Source: Callorhinchus milii
Lineage: Eukaryota
Reading direction: 5' to 3'
Assembly: GCF_018977255.1 (NCBI RefSeq)
Contig: NW_024704742.1
Span: 89,840,001-89,904,000 of the forward strand
Length of the DNA stretch: 64,000 nt
Part shown: positions 49,571 to 63,496 of the stretch, one piece after another
Layout of the letters: each line of letters starts with the position of its first letter
How positions within the stretch are numbered: position 1 is the stretch's first letter
The notes under the pieces: generated by a model
Told to the model about the DNA's origin: nothing
Databases searched by the model: none
The model's input: only the letters and a program-made list of their open reading frames with translations
Program-made: the position numbers and the translations under genes

Positions 49571-52500
49571 GTTCTATATAACTGCTTTAATTTCAAGTAA
49601 AAGTACACATCACTTGTGTTATCTCCTAATTCACTACTGATTGAAAATGGTTACCTCTCCCCCACTTCTTCACCTCTTTCTTCTGAATCGTCAGTCATTC
49701 AGAATTCATTGAAGTGACAATCCTGAGTCACAATCACTGATATAAAAACACTGAAATAGAAATATATGCGTGAGAAAATAAATTTTATACTCCAAAACTG
49801 ATCTCAATTTAAAACAGTGATTTTTTCACTCTGTTCTAAATTGAGATTGGTTTTAGAGTATTTTTTGTGAGCATGATTGCAATTACCAAATTGTTCTAAG
49901 TTTGAGTAAAATCGGGATCTAAACTAGTTCAGATCATTTGAATGTGCCTCTTCCTTTAAAAAAATATCAGTGTGCATGGTTGAAGGACAGTTTTAGGTTT
50001 ATGATTCTTCTTCAACACAATACTCTAAATTCCCCAAGTGTTGCCTCTTCCCAACCTTCATCTAATACTCTCTGGAATTAAATAATCCAGATAATCCAGT
50101 GTGTATCTCTCCATTCCAGCATGTGCGCACTCCATTCCAGACATATGGAAATTTATATAAGGATGAAGCACACAGGCTGGTTTGGATACCCTTGAGCATG
50201 GTGATAGATCTCTACAAGTATCAGATACCCAGCTGATCAAAAAATTCAAGTTTTTTTTAATCCTGTGTCAAAAGCTTGGTTCTCTGCTTGCCAGTCAATG
50301 TCAGCGGTTGATCCTGAGTTGCTTGTTTTCTGTACTTTTATTTTCTATTTCACTTTTAAAAATTTATTGTTTGAATTTCTTGATGGACTGTGTAGTGAAC
50401 GGCATATGGGGCTATCATTCCACGACTCACACATGCGAGAATATAGCATGGGATGAATAAAGGCCAGTTGGTTCTCAAGCCCACCTCCAACTCAAAGGTA
50501 CTCTGTCAACCCGAAAAGTAATTGAGAAAAACCTCCAGAAATTCATTGATTTTCTCAGGGATTTTTGGGATTCACAGAGTACCTATGGTGCAAACCCTTG
50601 ACTGTCCAATTACTTGGGTCATCTTCCTGACGTGAAAGGTGCTATAGAAATGTAATTTGTTGTTTTTGTTGTTGATGATGCCCACTGGTGTTCTGTTCAA
50701 CTTTGGTCTTCTTCCCTCCATCAACCACATTCCGCTTCCCGCGTCCATCCAATGCACCCCAGCAGCACAGAAATCAATGTGACTCATGATGTGTTTGTTA
50801 ATTTTACTCTGTCCCTATCCATACATCATACAGTACTGTTTTCAAGCAGATACTTTGTTTGTTTCAAGGATTCATTGATTTACCAGCAGCTGCTTCTGTT
50901 GGGAACCTGTTCTCATTGATGTTCTAAGCTTGGCCTTGTTGGAAGGAGGCAATTAAATTAAAGTTGGCATCTAGAACCTATATCTATTCTGAAGTATTTC
51001 TCTAATCTGATGTGAAGGTTAGTAATTCTGTACTTTTGCCTCCTATTCCTGTGATCAAGTTTAAGTTAAAATGAATTGCTTGCATACACAGACTTTTTCC
51101 ATTAAGTGATAATATCCCTTCTCAAGTTTATACCCAGTTGGAAAGATCCTGCTTCTTACAGCCCATCTCACAATTTAAAATGATTCTTGTTGCTCTTCTC
51201 CTACCTCTCCAATATCTTGATGTTCTTTTGAAGTTATTGCATCAAATAATCTTAGTGTGACCTTATTGCCCATCTATGGAGCTATTCTGTTTGATAAAAG
51301 TGGAACAGCCAAATCGGAATGTTTTTCACAACTCTCCGCTTGCGGTCTGCATAATTGATTTAAGCCGTAACATCATCCTGTAACAGAGGTACCAATCTTT
51401 TTGAGTTTCTACATGACACATGCTTCTCGGATCACCACAAATCAAGGTCGCAAGAGAGGTGCAGATGAAGGATGCATTTCAGCCTAATTGATCTCATCCA
51501 TCTAAAATATTGACCCTGCCTATCATCCCAATAAGGCCAAGAAAATCAGAGGACTACTGGGATTGTCAAAGGTTCTGTGTGGTATCTTGCCTGGGACTGA
51601 TAGAAGCTTTCTAGCAGAGAACAGCATGTAACTTGCGGAGATCTAAAAAGGAGGAAAATCTCAAATGAAGCTTTTTAAAAAAGAAACAGACACACACAAG
51701 CACACACACACACACACACAAATGGTCCTGAGTCACTGCATAACCAGGTAATTAAAAAAAAGTTATGAAATACAAAACCAAATACTCTACAGTGAACTTG
51801 CAGTGCTGACTTTTAAATAACAATCTGATAACACTAAATAGCCAGCAACTTACGCTTTCATTTGTGACTTGTTTCACTTGAGATCTGCCTCCCTGGTAAC
51901 TGGGATTACAACAATCCAAAATCCATCTCCCATGTCTGTAACTACTGCCCCATCCGGTGGCCAGCAGCAAGTCAGGTTACAATGTCCTGGCCAACAATCC
52001 CTCAGATAAAACTAGTCATTCACTTCTTGACTGTCCGACAATGCTGTGCGCAAACTGGCTGCCACATTTGCCTACAAAATACACAGTCATTACATCCTAC
52101 ATTAAATCCTGTGAAGTGCTTTCAGATATCCCATGTGAAAGACAGTTATTATTTTATTTTTATTGAAATTGTGAGCAGCAATTTTTTTGAAGTTGAAATC
52201 AGCGAGAAAATCAAATATACAATACTACACTACTTGCAATTTTTGACAATAGTTGATAAAACTAAACTTTAATGCATTTGATTAATTTTTCTTGATTTGT
52301 TCTTTTCTGGCCAGGGAGTTGGAGTTGAACTCAGTTGAAGTCGGTTGCTTCAAGTCGAGGTGTATGAGTAATACTCAGTTTGTACTAAATTCTGCAGAGT
52401 TTATTATACAATGTGCAAGGCTCTTGGTAGATTACTTTTATCACGATTTCTCATTTCAGAAGTGGAGAAATCAAACAATAATAATCGTTGCATTTGATAT

Positions 52501-53074
52501 AGCACCTTGTACGTTGTTAAGATGTTTCCAAGTGCTTCACAAGCTATACTGTAAAGTGGTGTGACTGTGTATTTCGTGGGTGAACTTGCCCACAGCAATG
52601 TCCCTTAGTCAATGGAGTGAGTGTTTTTGTGGAGGGCGGGAGGATTGTTGGCCAGGATAATGGGAGAAACTACCTTCACTAATGATTGATTAATAATAAT
52701 AATCCTTGCATTTTATATAGTGCCTTCACATGTGGTGGAGACATCTCAAAGTGCTTTGTAAAGCAGACTGACTGTATTTTGAAACGATTGAAGAAGTTAT
52801 CACTAAACTGTTTCAGGAAACAAGTTCATCAGACAAAGTAAGATAATAATTTAAATTTTTCAGAACCAGTTTTGAAATCCCTGAATTTTCACTAAGTAGG
52901 AAATAGGGCTCCAACTGATGAACAGAATATTTGAGAAGATTAAAAATGTCAATGTGCAGTAGCACAAAGCTTGGAAGTAACATTTCAGATTTTTAAAAAT
53001 ACTTTCAAGGTTGGGGAAAATTTCGCTATAAACTTTTACTTACAATCTGTCAGCATGAGGTAATTATTGATACA

Positions 53075-55158
53075 CCAGCCACCGCCGCTCTCTTAAAGCA
53101 CAGGTGCGTGCCGCTGAGTGCACCTGGCTTAAATCAAACCTATTTTACTTTGTCTGATGAACTTGTTTCCTCAAACAGGAAATTTAGTGAATATGGCTTC
53201 TTCAAATGGCAGATCAGGCTGGACCATGTCAAATCCTACCGCTCTGCCCTCGCCTCTGCTAAATTGTCGTTCTACTCCAAGACAATCTTGGAGGCTAAGG
53301 ACAACCCCAGGCTCCATTTCTCCACCACGAACCGGCTCCTCTGCCCACCCTCTCACGCCTCACCCATCCTCACCTTGGATACCAATTGTGAGGTGATGTT
53401 GGACTTCCTCAAATCCAAAGTCGAAGGAATCTGCTCAGCTGCCTCTGCCACTGCATCTGCTACCCCCACCCCCCATCTCCTCCTCCCTCCCCGGGCCCTA
53501 CCCATCCCACCTTCCGCACCTTTGAACCTGTCTCCCCCTCCTCTCTCATCACCACCATAACCCGAATGAAACTGACCACCTGCTCCTTCGACCCCATCCC
53601 TACCCCTCTCTTTACCTCCCAGCTCCACCTCCTTGCCTCTCTACTCGCTGACATTATTAACCTCTCCCTGAACTCTGGTACAGTTTCCACCCCATTAAAA
53701 ACTGCTGTCATGACCCCTATCTTTAAAAACCCTCCCTGGACCCTTCTCTACTCCCAAACTACCGCCCCATCTCCAACCTCCCTTTCCTCTCCAAGGTCCT
53801 GGAACAAGTTGTTGCTTCTCAGCTTCGCTCCTACCTCTCCCGCCACTCCCTCCACAAACCCCTCCAATCGGGCTTCCGTGTAGCCCACAGCACAGAAACA
53901 GCCCTGGTCAAAGTGACAAATGACATTCTGTCCATCTGCGACCAGGGCTGCCTCTGCCTCCTCATCCTCCTTGACCTCTCTGCTGCTTTTCACAGAGTCA
54001 ACCACTCTATCCTCATCCACCACCTCTCCTCTCACCTCAACCTTCATGGCTCTGTCCTTGATTGGTTCAGATTGTACCTCTCACAGTGCCTGCACTTCAT
54101 CCTCACAAATGGTTTCTCCTCTAGCCCCCGCATGTCTTGTGAGGCTTTCCTCAGGGCTCTGTCCTTGGTCCCCTCCTCTTCAACATCGATGTGCTCCCTC
54201 TTGGTGACATGGAGTCAACTTCCACATGTATGCGGATGACACACAAGTCTACCTCTCTGCCTCCACGCTTGACTCCAGGGCTACTGCTGTCCTGACTGAA
54301 TGTCGGTCAGAATCAAGTCCTGGATGAGAGCTAACTTTCTTCAGTTGAATGTCAACAAGACTGAGGGTCTCCTGACTGGCTCCCGTCAGCACCTCCACAC
54401 CTCAAGCGCTAACAGCATCACCATCCATGGTTGCACACTCCACCTTACTAAGCCAGTCCAGAACCTTGGCATCTTGTTTGATCCATAACTGTCCTTTCTA
54501 CGCCATATCTCCCCCATTACCCGCTCTGCCTTCCCCCACCTCCGCTCTGCCACTGTCTGACACCGCATGCCGCTGAAACCCTCAGAAATGCTTTCATTAC
54601 ATCGAGGCTCGACTATGCAAACTCTTTGCTTGTCAATCTTCCCAACTCCTCCCTCCACAGGCTACAGATAATCCAGAACTCTACAGCATGTGTCCTCTCA
54701 TGCACTCGGCTCCCCCAACTCCACTGGTTTCCCATCACAGAGATTACAGTTCAAGATCCTGGTCCTCATCTTCAAAGCCCTCCATCGACTTTCTCCCCTC
54801 TGCGACCTCGGATCCCCCTACCATCCAGCTCGCTCCCTCTGCTCAGCGGGCTCTGGCCTGTTTCACGTCCCTAGCCTCTCTCACCCCACTATTGGCAGGC
54901 GGGCCTTCTGCCACTTTGCCCCCACCCCTGGAACTCCATTCCACAGTCTCTCCACCTCGCCCCCTCCCTTGCCACCTTCAAGATCCATCTCAAGACCCTC
55001 CTCTTCGACCGTGCTTTTGATCTCCCTGCTTTCCCCCCTTGCCCTCCATCCTCTCCATTCCTGACCCCCAGCTCGGTCCGTAACTCTATCTGTCCAGCAT
55101 CTTGGGACATCATCCCGACGTGAAAGGTGCTATACAAATGTAATTTTGTTGTTGTTGT
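53075..55158 (+). mobile_element. L2 LINE, about 2.1 kb decayed ORF2 3' part
   Basis: [61 protein letters not shown], and the 3' tail. Confidence 0.9.
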
Positions 55159-58039
55159 TATGCTTAATAAGAGTATCATTATTATTTTGTATTTCGTCCA
55201 CAAAATACAGTCACTCCACTTTACAGTATATTCTGTGAAATGCTTTGAGACATCTTGAAGACGTGATAAGGCATACCAAATGCAAGGATTATTATTATTA
55301 TTATCATTACTAAACTTCTTCTTCCCACATCGTTCTTCCCTTTGAGTCCATACCTTGAAGTAACCACCTGTTTCCTGTTCTTTCACCAGGAGCTACACCG
55401 TCAGTACATATTGCCAGTCAACCATCTTTTATTGAAAAATTGGAAATAAAAACAGAAATATCTAGATATACAAGATAGTTTCCTCCCATCTCCAAACCCT
55501 TGTTCCTACGCTCTTTAACCACCCTTTCTTCCACACTCAATAACCTCGTCAAGTCTTCAAGATGTCTCAAAGCACATTACAGAATGTACTGTAAAATGCA
55601 TATCTACATTTTTGCTGCCAAGGCATGAATGTGCATTCTGTCAATTGATCACTCCATTTAGTGCTGAATTTAACCACACTTTCTCCCGCACTCAATGTCT
55701 GCCCTTTCTCCTCGTCAGTGCTGAACTTTCTCTCAAATGCTGGCATTCTGTGTGACTGAAAACTCCAAAGACAGCTGCCAAAACCTTCTGGTTGGCTTTG
55801 GTTCCAGCCACTGTGCCGTGGTTGGGGGGAGAGAAAGGGTTCACATAGTCGGACAGTCTTCAGTTATTGTCAGGCTCGACTGCAGTATTTGACAGTGTAA
55901 TAATATGATCACATCACAAGTTGCAATTTTCACCCCTTAAAATAGCTCTCAGGGTAAGCAATTACTTTTGCCTTCAGTGTCTCAATTGTCGGTTCAGGGA
56001 GTCCAAAGGGTGATCTACATAATGAAGTTGCAGAGGACTGAGGGCAGGTTAGCTGATAAGGTTTCTGGTGATACTGACACTGAGTACTCTTCCACCTTCC
56101 CCACACTACACACACTGTTTAAAAAAAGGATTGATGCATAAATAATAATATCAATCTTTGCATTGGATTTAGCGCCTCGTCATGTCTTCAAGATGTCTCA
56201 AAGCACATCACAGAATATACTGTAAAATGCATATCTACATTTTTGCTACCAAGACATGGATGTGCATTCTGTCAATTGACCACTACATTTAGTGCTGAAT
56301 TTATGTCCTCATCATCACCCCACATGCAGGATGGGGAGGAGGAATCCTCCTCCATACAGGCATACTGATGTTTTATGAAAGGTAAATCCCATTTACATGT
56401 TTGTTGATAAAGTGAATTGTACCTGAATGTTGTAAAATTGCAAAGTAAGTATTTGGAAAATTAAACAAACCTTGTCTGTGACCACTTGTCTGAGCTTGTA
56501 GAATTGTTACCTGGGTGAAAAGCACTGGAATCTTATCTTTCTTAATGAAATGTCAATTTTCCAGGCTCAATGAGACCAGCTATTCCTTCTCCTTTTCAAT
56601 GCTGTACTAATTAATCAAGAGCATCCCACATTAGTACATTGCTCTGCCAGGTGGAGACTGCTGATATTAAGCTAATAGAGATCTTTTCTGCATTGGATAT
56701 CTTCAAGTCAGCTACCAGCTCAGTATGAAATCAAAGACGTACTTCAATGGAGTGAAGGGAGCCACTCCAAGATATGCACAGTGCCCTCATGATTGCTGAG
56801 AGATCGCCAGAGTGGCTCAGAGACAGAGATTTGATATAATGGGTTTCTGCCAAAACTGGAAATTTATTTCAATCAAAGTACAGCTTTATGTTGTTTTCCA
56901 ATAATCCTTACATTTAGAATAACGCCTTATCAAGTCAGAAGCATGTCTTAAAGTCCTTCACAGGATATGCTGCAAAGTGGAGTGACCGTGTGCTTTATGG
57001 ACAAAGGCGGAAGCGAATTTACTTACCGCAGTGACCTATTAAAGATAAGAGTTAAACATGCTTTTTGAAGCATTTCTATAATTTGTTTAATGGCTCCTGG
57101 ATTGTAACGTTACCATTGATTTTAATACTCTTAACTCTAAATGCAACAATTTAATAGTTTCCAGATCTTATTCATTATCAGTTCCAATACGATCTGATCA
57201 TTACAATTAGCAAGCCATGTTTATAATCAGCTCTAAACACACGCTGGAAAATTCACTGGTTTAAAGGTTGGTGCTTGACAGCTCCCACTGTGTATGAAAG
57301 AGCTTTAGGAACATACCGAAGACAGAAAATAGATATCCTCCCTAAGCACTGCTACATTGTTATCTCTGTTACATGCTCATAGCACATGCACAAACAAGGT
57401 AAAATCAAAGTTCACAACCAAGGGAACTGAAATGTCTGGCATAGATTAGCACTGAAAATATTGACTGAGCTGTAGAATTATTTTCTGTGCATACGCGCCA
57501 CAAATCACTCCACAGGAGCTGGCCAGTGCCAGATGGGACATGAGCTTTTCAGGGGATGCAGTAACCAAGAAGAGGTCCGGGAGACAATGAGCAAAAGGAT
57601 TGGGAGAAAGACACTGCAATCTGCTCTGCTTCTCTGGATGTACGTGTCATTTGTTCCTGTCAACTATATTGTGTTGTGAGTTGAACGGCCTCGGCAATTA
57701 ACTTATTTTCTTCATCAAATATCCATTGTGGGAATCATCTCTGTACCATGATGCTTTCAAATGGGTGTTGTTTTTACACTGGGACCATTTTTAAACGTTT
57801 CATTGCAGATGGAATATCTTTCCATCTCCACTGATTAATAGTGTTTATACACAGCCAACACCTTTAGATTAATGTGAATCTTGTTCTTGTGAATGTAGGA
57901 ATTATGTACCACATTCTCTCATCATTTCATTTCTATGTTGTTCTTTATGTAGTCAGCAGGACAATACAGTACAATATGGATTCTTGTTAAAGGAGATATT
58001 GAAAAGATTCAGGGTTAAGAGATTGTGAGTTATTCAGAA

Positions 58040-58285
58040 CTTTATTTGCAGAGGCAATGGGTCAGTAGAGCAAGAGGACTCGATTTCAAGGTTGTAAAGG
58101 CCAGTTTCAAGACGTGTATGGGAAATATTTATTTACCAGTGGGTAACTAGCGACTTGACAGGTTGCCAGGCAGGGTGGTTAAGGCCAGGACACTAGACTC
58201 ATTAAAAATAGCTTGATGCTGAGATGGAAATACAGTAGGGTGTGTATTATGGAAGGATGAGATCAATAAAAGAATGAGTCTTCTT
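58040..58285 (+). mobile_element. Old CR1 3' fragment
   Basis: Resembles the 3' end at 48030-48330. Confidence 0.5.
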
Positions 58286-59499
58286 CATCCAAACCAATCT
58301 TGTAATCCAGTGATGCTATGAGATGTGTCAAAGGAATCTGTTGAGAAGTTGGATGTGTAGGTGAGATGAATCAGTGATCTACTGCCTGAAACTATCATTG
58401 TTACTGTTGCACAAACAATAGTGGTACTATTGTCCAGTATGAAGTAATCTACATGGTATGACACTTTCCTTGTTATTATGCAAGTGCCTCAGGCGACGAT
58501 CCTGATTAATTATTTGGTGGATAACTTTTACTGCCCTGTGCAGTGCCTTACTACTTTATTTTGCTTAAATTGTTTAGTCAGTTGTGTAAAATTCATAAAC
58601 TTTCTTTGGTTCATGGTATATTCACCATCATTTGTAGCACCCATTATACCACCTCAGCTGAGATCAGTTATCTTAGCACAAATCAGAGATTCCATCTGAG
58701 ATCACCCTGATGTGTATAATTCAGTTCCACTATAATCCAGTTGAACCATCAGGGAGCATTTTAGGACAAAATTCAATGCAGTTTATATTCAGAACAGAAT
58801 GTGTGCAGTAATATTAATTGATAATGACATCATCGAGATGTCTCATAGCGCTTCACAGGAGATGCAGTATAGTGAAACATTGCATAATTTTTGAATGTTC
58901 TACATGGATGTATTATGGAAAAGAGAACAGTATAAATTAGCTTTGATAGTGACTTTTGAAGGGGCTCTATATTTACAAAGGCTTGCATGGTTTCAGTGTT
59001 TTAGTTTTGTGACAATGCAGGCTTTAATAGCTAACCAAGCAACAGCAAAGAAAGAATCTGTTTGTATTGTTGAAACTCTATGAGAGGTGACACAGTCTTT
59101 GATTATTTGTCTATTTATGAATTGATAATGAAGGTGATTTGCTTGCAAATGAAATATGCTGTTGATTTTATCTGTATTTGGTTCAATGGCTTTATTGTTG
59201 CTGTCTTGTTGAGGGCTCCATTTTCATGAATAGATTGACCTCCTGGGTTGCTATTTTACTATTTCAGTTTGCACTGTTATATAAAGTTGCACTGTAATAG
59301 ACACTGTCTATTCATCACCAATAAAGGAGCTTGAAAGTTTAACACGTGTCATGCTACATTAGGAAAATGCATGTTGTTCATCTTCTTTGCTTAGCAAAAA
59401 ATGGGGTGAGGAGAGAAATGAGATTCACACACAAAATGGATTTGTATCAGGGTGAGATATGTGTTTGAGAGAGTTAATTACTTTTTACAATCCATATGG

Positions 59500-60400
59500 T
59501 ACTGAGTAGCAGGCATACCTAGCACCAGCTGCTTAATCCAGGTCCTCATGCAAGGGCCTTGGCAACCTGGGACTTGGACGTCAAGAACATTAAGGTGGTC
59601 AGCACATCACAAGCTGTTCTGTAAAGGACTGCCCACCACCCTGAAGGCATATGCCCACCAGATAGCTGATGAGGAAACTCTGAGGCTTGGGACGACAGCT
59701 GCTGGAAGGCATTACCTGGAATCCGAGTTTGTGAACACAGGTTGGTTCGTCCGATGCCTGCAATCCACCTTGATTAACCTGCAGAGAGGTAAGCAGCTGC
59801 TGCTTAAACTCTGCACCTCCAGTTGGTGTAACCATCCCTCAATAGGAAGGGATGTGTGTCTGAGCTGTGGACAGATGGTGGCAATGCTCTCACCCATTTC
59901 ATACTGAGATGGGTTGCCACCGAGAAGCTCGCAGGATTTCCTTGTACCTACTATCCACCTAGTGAAGCTCAAACCCACTCTTGTTAGATATTAAACAACC
60001 AACTAGTGACTATCCTCCTTGGGGAGAGGTAAGTGGGGTCTCCTTGGAACAGAACTGGAATCGAACCAGCCCTCTGTGGCGGTCTCAGTAGTCTGGTTCC
60101 TGAGCCAGTTGGATCCGCAGTATTCTAGGGCGCTGCTGATGACAGCACAGCCAGCCTGGCTCATTGGCAGGAGCTGGAAGGGCAGACCAGTCACTGGGGG
60201 CAGGGAGTCATCCCACTCAGCTCCTGTTAGCCCTGCAAGCCAAAGCCCTAACGGGTAGGGTGGTCCTAGCTGGACAAGCAGTGGGAAAGCTTGCCAGACA
60301 CCAATATCAATGGCGAGCTGGACAGGTTTAGTTGGTTAGACTCCAGCAGTTACCCCAACCCATACTCTGAGCTCCCCAAGCCTTGGCTCTTGCCAACATG
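59500..60400. repeat. Unclassified interspersed repeat (copy 2, longer), possibly a decayed APE-LINE 5' region
   Basis: GC-richer block homologous to 24318-24605. GTWTSRTL weakly resembles the APE motif GTWNVRTL. Confidence 0.5.
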
Positions 60401-63280
60401 TTTCTCACTCTGTAGTATTTCTCACAATAGACAGATGTATTTGCATTATGATCTCATGCTGTGCAGTGTTTTATTGATGTCACAGAGAGAAAATATACAG
60501 TTAATCCACTTTACAGTGAAGAGCTTTGAGATATCTCAGTGATGTTATAAGGCACTATATCAAATGCAAGGATTATTATTATTACCTGTGCTTTTGTAAA
60601 CTATCTTGTTATATACATTGGTTTAAGCATTAATCTGAGGCAGTGCTCAGGTGCGATCAGTTCAAGCTCTGATGTGTTCCTCGATGAGTGCTTGAACCTA
60701 TATGGGAGTCACTGGTCTCGATAGTGTCATTGTGGGGAGGCGTATAGGGGAAGTTTAAGATCACGGAAGGAAAAATAATCGAGCCAGAATTCCTTCCCCA
60801 CCCTAGTCTATCCTACACTTTTTTACAACTAATCGCCATGTAGCCCAGGAGCAAATCCCCTACTTCCCTCTGCCAGCCAGAGTTGGAACATCATATTGCT
60901 GTGCTAAAGGCAAAGGATGAAAAGTAACAAATACTAAATTGAAATCCCTTTACCATTGCAAATCATTCATCCAATTGGAGTTTCTAACCCTTTCAGTTAT
61001 TAAGTTCCTTATAGGTCATGCTTTGATCTCAGACTCAGGAGGATTGAAGTGTAGATGCCCTTTGTATGATGTAGAATGGGCTCATTCATTGGATCTACTC
61101 AAAAGATGGGGCAGATGTCTATCCCTGTGACCTTTTATTCACTTTGACTAGGCAGGCTACCGCATGGAGTGTGAAGTTGTATCATGTATTTTGACTACTA
61201 AAGCTATATACTGAAGACTGATCTTTTTTTAATCAATTTGAAATCAAACTCAAGTTTCTGTATGAAGTGTGAAGAGCAGGAGTGAATGTGAAGTTCTGCC
61301 AGCCCATTTATCCACTTGGGAGGTAATTATCACACCAAATCTATTACCAAATATTTAATTTTTCACCCCAATTTATTATATTCTAACCTAGAGACTTGGG
61401 GGCACTCTCTCCTCCATGTCAGAAGGGAGTGGGATCAAGTAAATGGTGCTGCCCTTCAGATAATATAAACTGAGGTTCTGTCTGACAATTTGGGTGGACG
61501 ATGAACATCCCACGACACTATTCAAAAAGAAGTTTCTCCCAATGCCCTGATCAACAATAAATCCAGAATAATTGATCATTCACCTACTGGTTATTTGCAC
61601 AATTGGGTGCCACATTTGCCTTCATAAAAACAGTATCTACCTTTGTCAGTTGTTACTAATAACTTTTCAATATTATAAGGCATTTGAAGAATGTGAGTTT
61701 GTTTTCTTCCTTGTTCAGTTTATTTAGTATGGTTTGTCGTTCACTCTGAAGGAGATCCAGTTGATCTATAGATAATGTTGACTATCATTGTTTTATTTCT
61801 GTCATAATATTCCATTAAATAATTTATTTGTGATGACGGTGATGTCCATAGTGCTTCTTATACATAATGTGCATGCACAATGCATCGGAAGTGACGTCAA
61901 TTGCACTCCTGGATGTTGTGTGGATGCGTGTAACACACATGAAGTGACGTCAGCAGCAATCTGACTGGGAAGTCAGCTATTTTCTCATGCTTCACTTATA
62001 AAGCAGCCTCTGAGCTGTTGGATGCTGAAGATCACATTATAATGAGGTTCCCCTGTACTTTCAACAAATTGTGGATAATAATTTACAGCTGCTTTGCACG
62101 ATATCTGATTGCATGAAAGGTCTAGAAAGAGATTCCCCACATTCCTCAAAATTATAACTGGGCAAGAGGGTAAAAAGACACACATTTCATTCTCCATAGA
62201 ACAACTATTATTGTATATACTATGGAGAGACTGGAACTCATTTCAACATTTTTATTCAAGTTTTTTGTCTTAAATAAAATGTCTAACTCCCTTTCAAGTA
62301 ATCATTCTAATATGTCACCAACAGACATTTGCTTTAGAATAGATTGAAATTATTTTTCTTTCTAAGCTTACAGCAATTTGTAACATTCTTGCCTCTGTGT
62401 ATGACTGTTTAAGACCTACATCAGGATTGGAGCTCATAGTCTAAGATGACACTCCAGAGCAGTATTGGGGGAGCACTGCATTGTCAGAGGTGCCATCCTT
62501 CAAATGAGACTTTAAACCAAAGTCTCATCTACCTTTTCCTCAGCTGGATTTTAAAGATCCCATGACACAATTTGAAACAAGGAATTTCTCTCAGTTTCTC
62601 TCAGCATCTTAGCCAACAACTGTTTAGGTAATAGACAAAGTACTGCAGATGCTGAAAATCTGGTATAAACACAGAAGTCCCAGTGACTTCTGTGCTTATA
62701 ACCTTCTAGATAACTTCATCATCTACCTCTTGGCTGTTTGTGAGACCTTGCTGCGTGCAAAATGACTGCTGTGTTTGTGTACAAAAGCAGTCCCCACAGT
62801 TGACGGTGATTAATGTAAAGCACTTTGAGATATTTTGATGTGATAAAACGTTATATAAAATATAGTTATAGCTTTACAAAAGATTCAGTATATTTCCACA
62901 CTGTCAGGTTTGAGCTTACAATTAATATTCAAAGTTTGCTCCAACATTTGACTGGCAGAATTGTTGTGACCTTAAAAACATATTGCATAAATGGCCTAGA
63001 AAATGTTATGTATTTCATGTTCAAACAACCTTCTACATAGTGCTTTAGTATTTCAGCACTGCAACAATCAGCATTGTCCAACTGAATTTTACCACAAGGT
63101 GGCACTATTTGCCTTAAAATGGAATCAAACAATGTGATGTAGAGTTTACCTTTATATCCATCAGTTTATTTCTCGTGAGTATAAATTCTGCATTTTTGGA
63201 ATAAAACCACACTCATTTGTATTTTTTCATCACTGTTAACCANTTTTTTTTGCAAAAGTTTTTACTGGAAGAGACCCAGC

Positions 63281-63496
63281 GGCCTGAAATTCCACCTGGT
63301 CTTAGCCTGTATCTTACAACGTAAGATCGCTCATAACTGTGGAAATTTTTTAAATTGGAGGTTTGGATTCCCGCAACTCTTAACTAGAACCAGCTTTCGA
63401 ATTAAGAATATTTTAAGAATTTTCCACAATTACGCACGATCGTTAATTTTAAGACAAAATAGTTTTACAGGTTAAGACTGAGTGCAACTCTGGGCC
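63281..63496. mobile_element. Degenerate MITE-like palindromic element
   Basis: Left end ggcctgaaattccacctggtcttagcctgta versus reverse complement of the right end ggcccagagttgcactcagtcttaacctgta. A second, inner inverted pair is also present. Confidence 0.55.

Noticed and set aside
53154..53176. CTGATGA...(G/C)AAAC as another hammerhead
   Set aside because: No stem II can form between the boxes.
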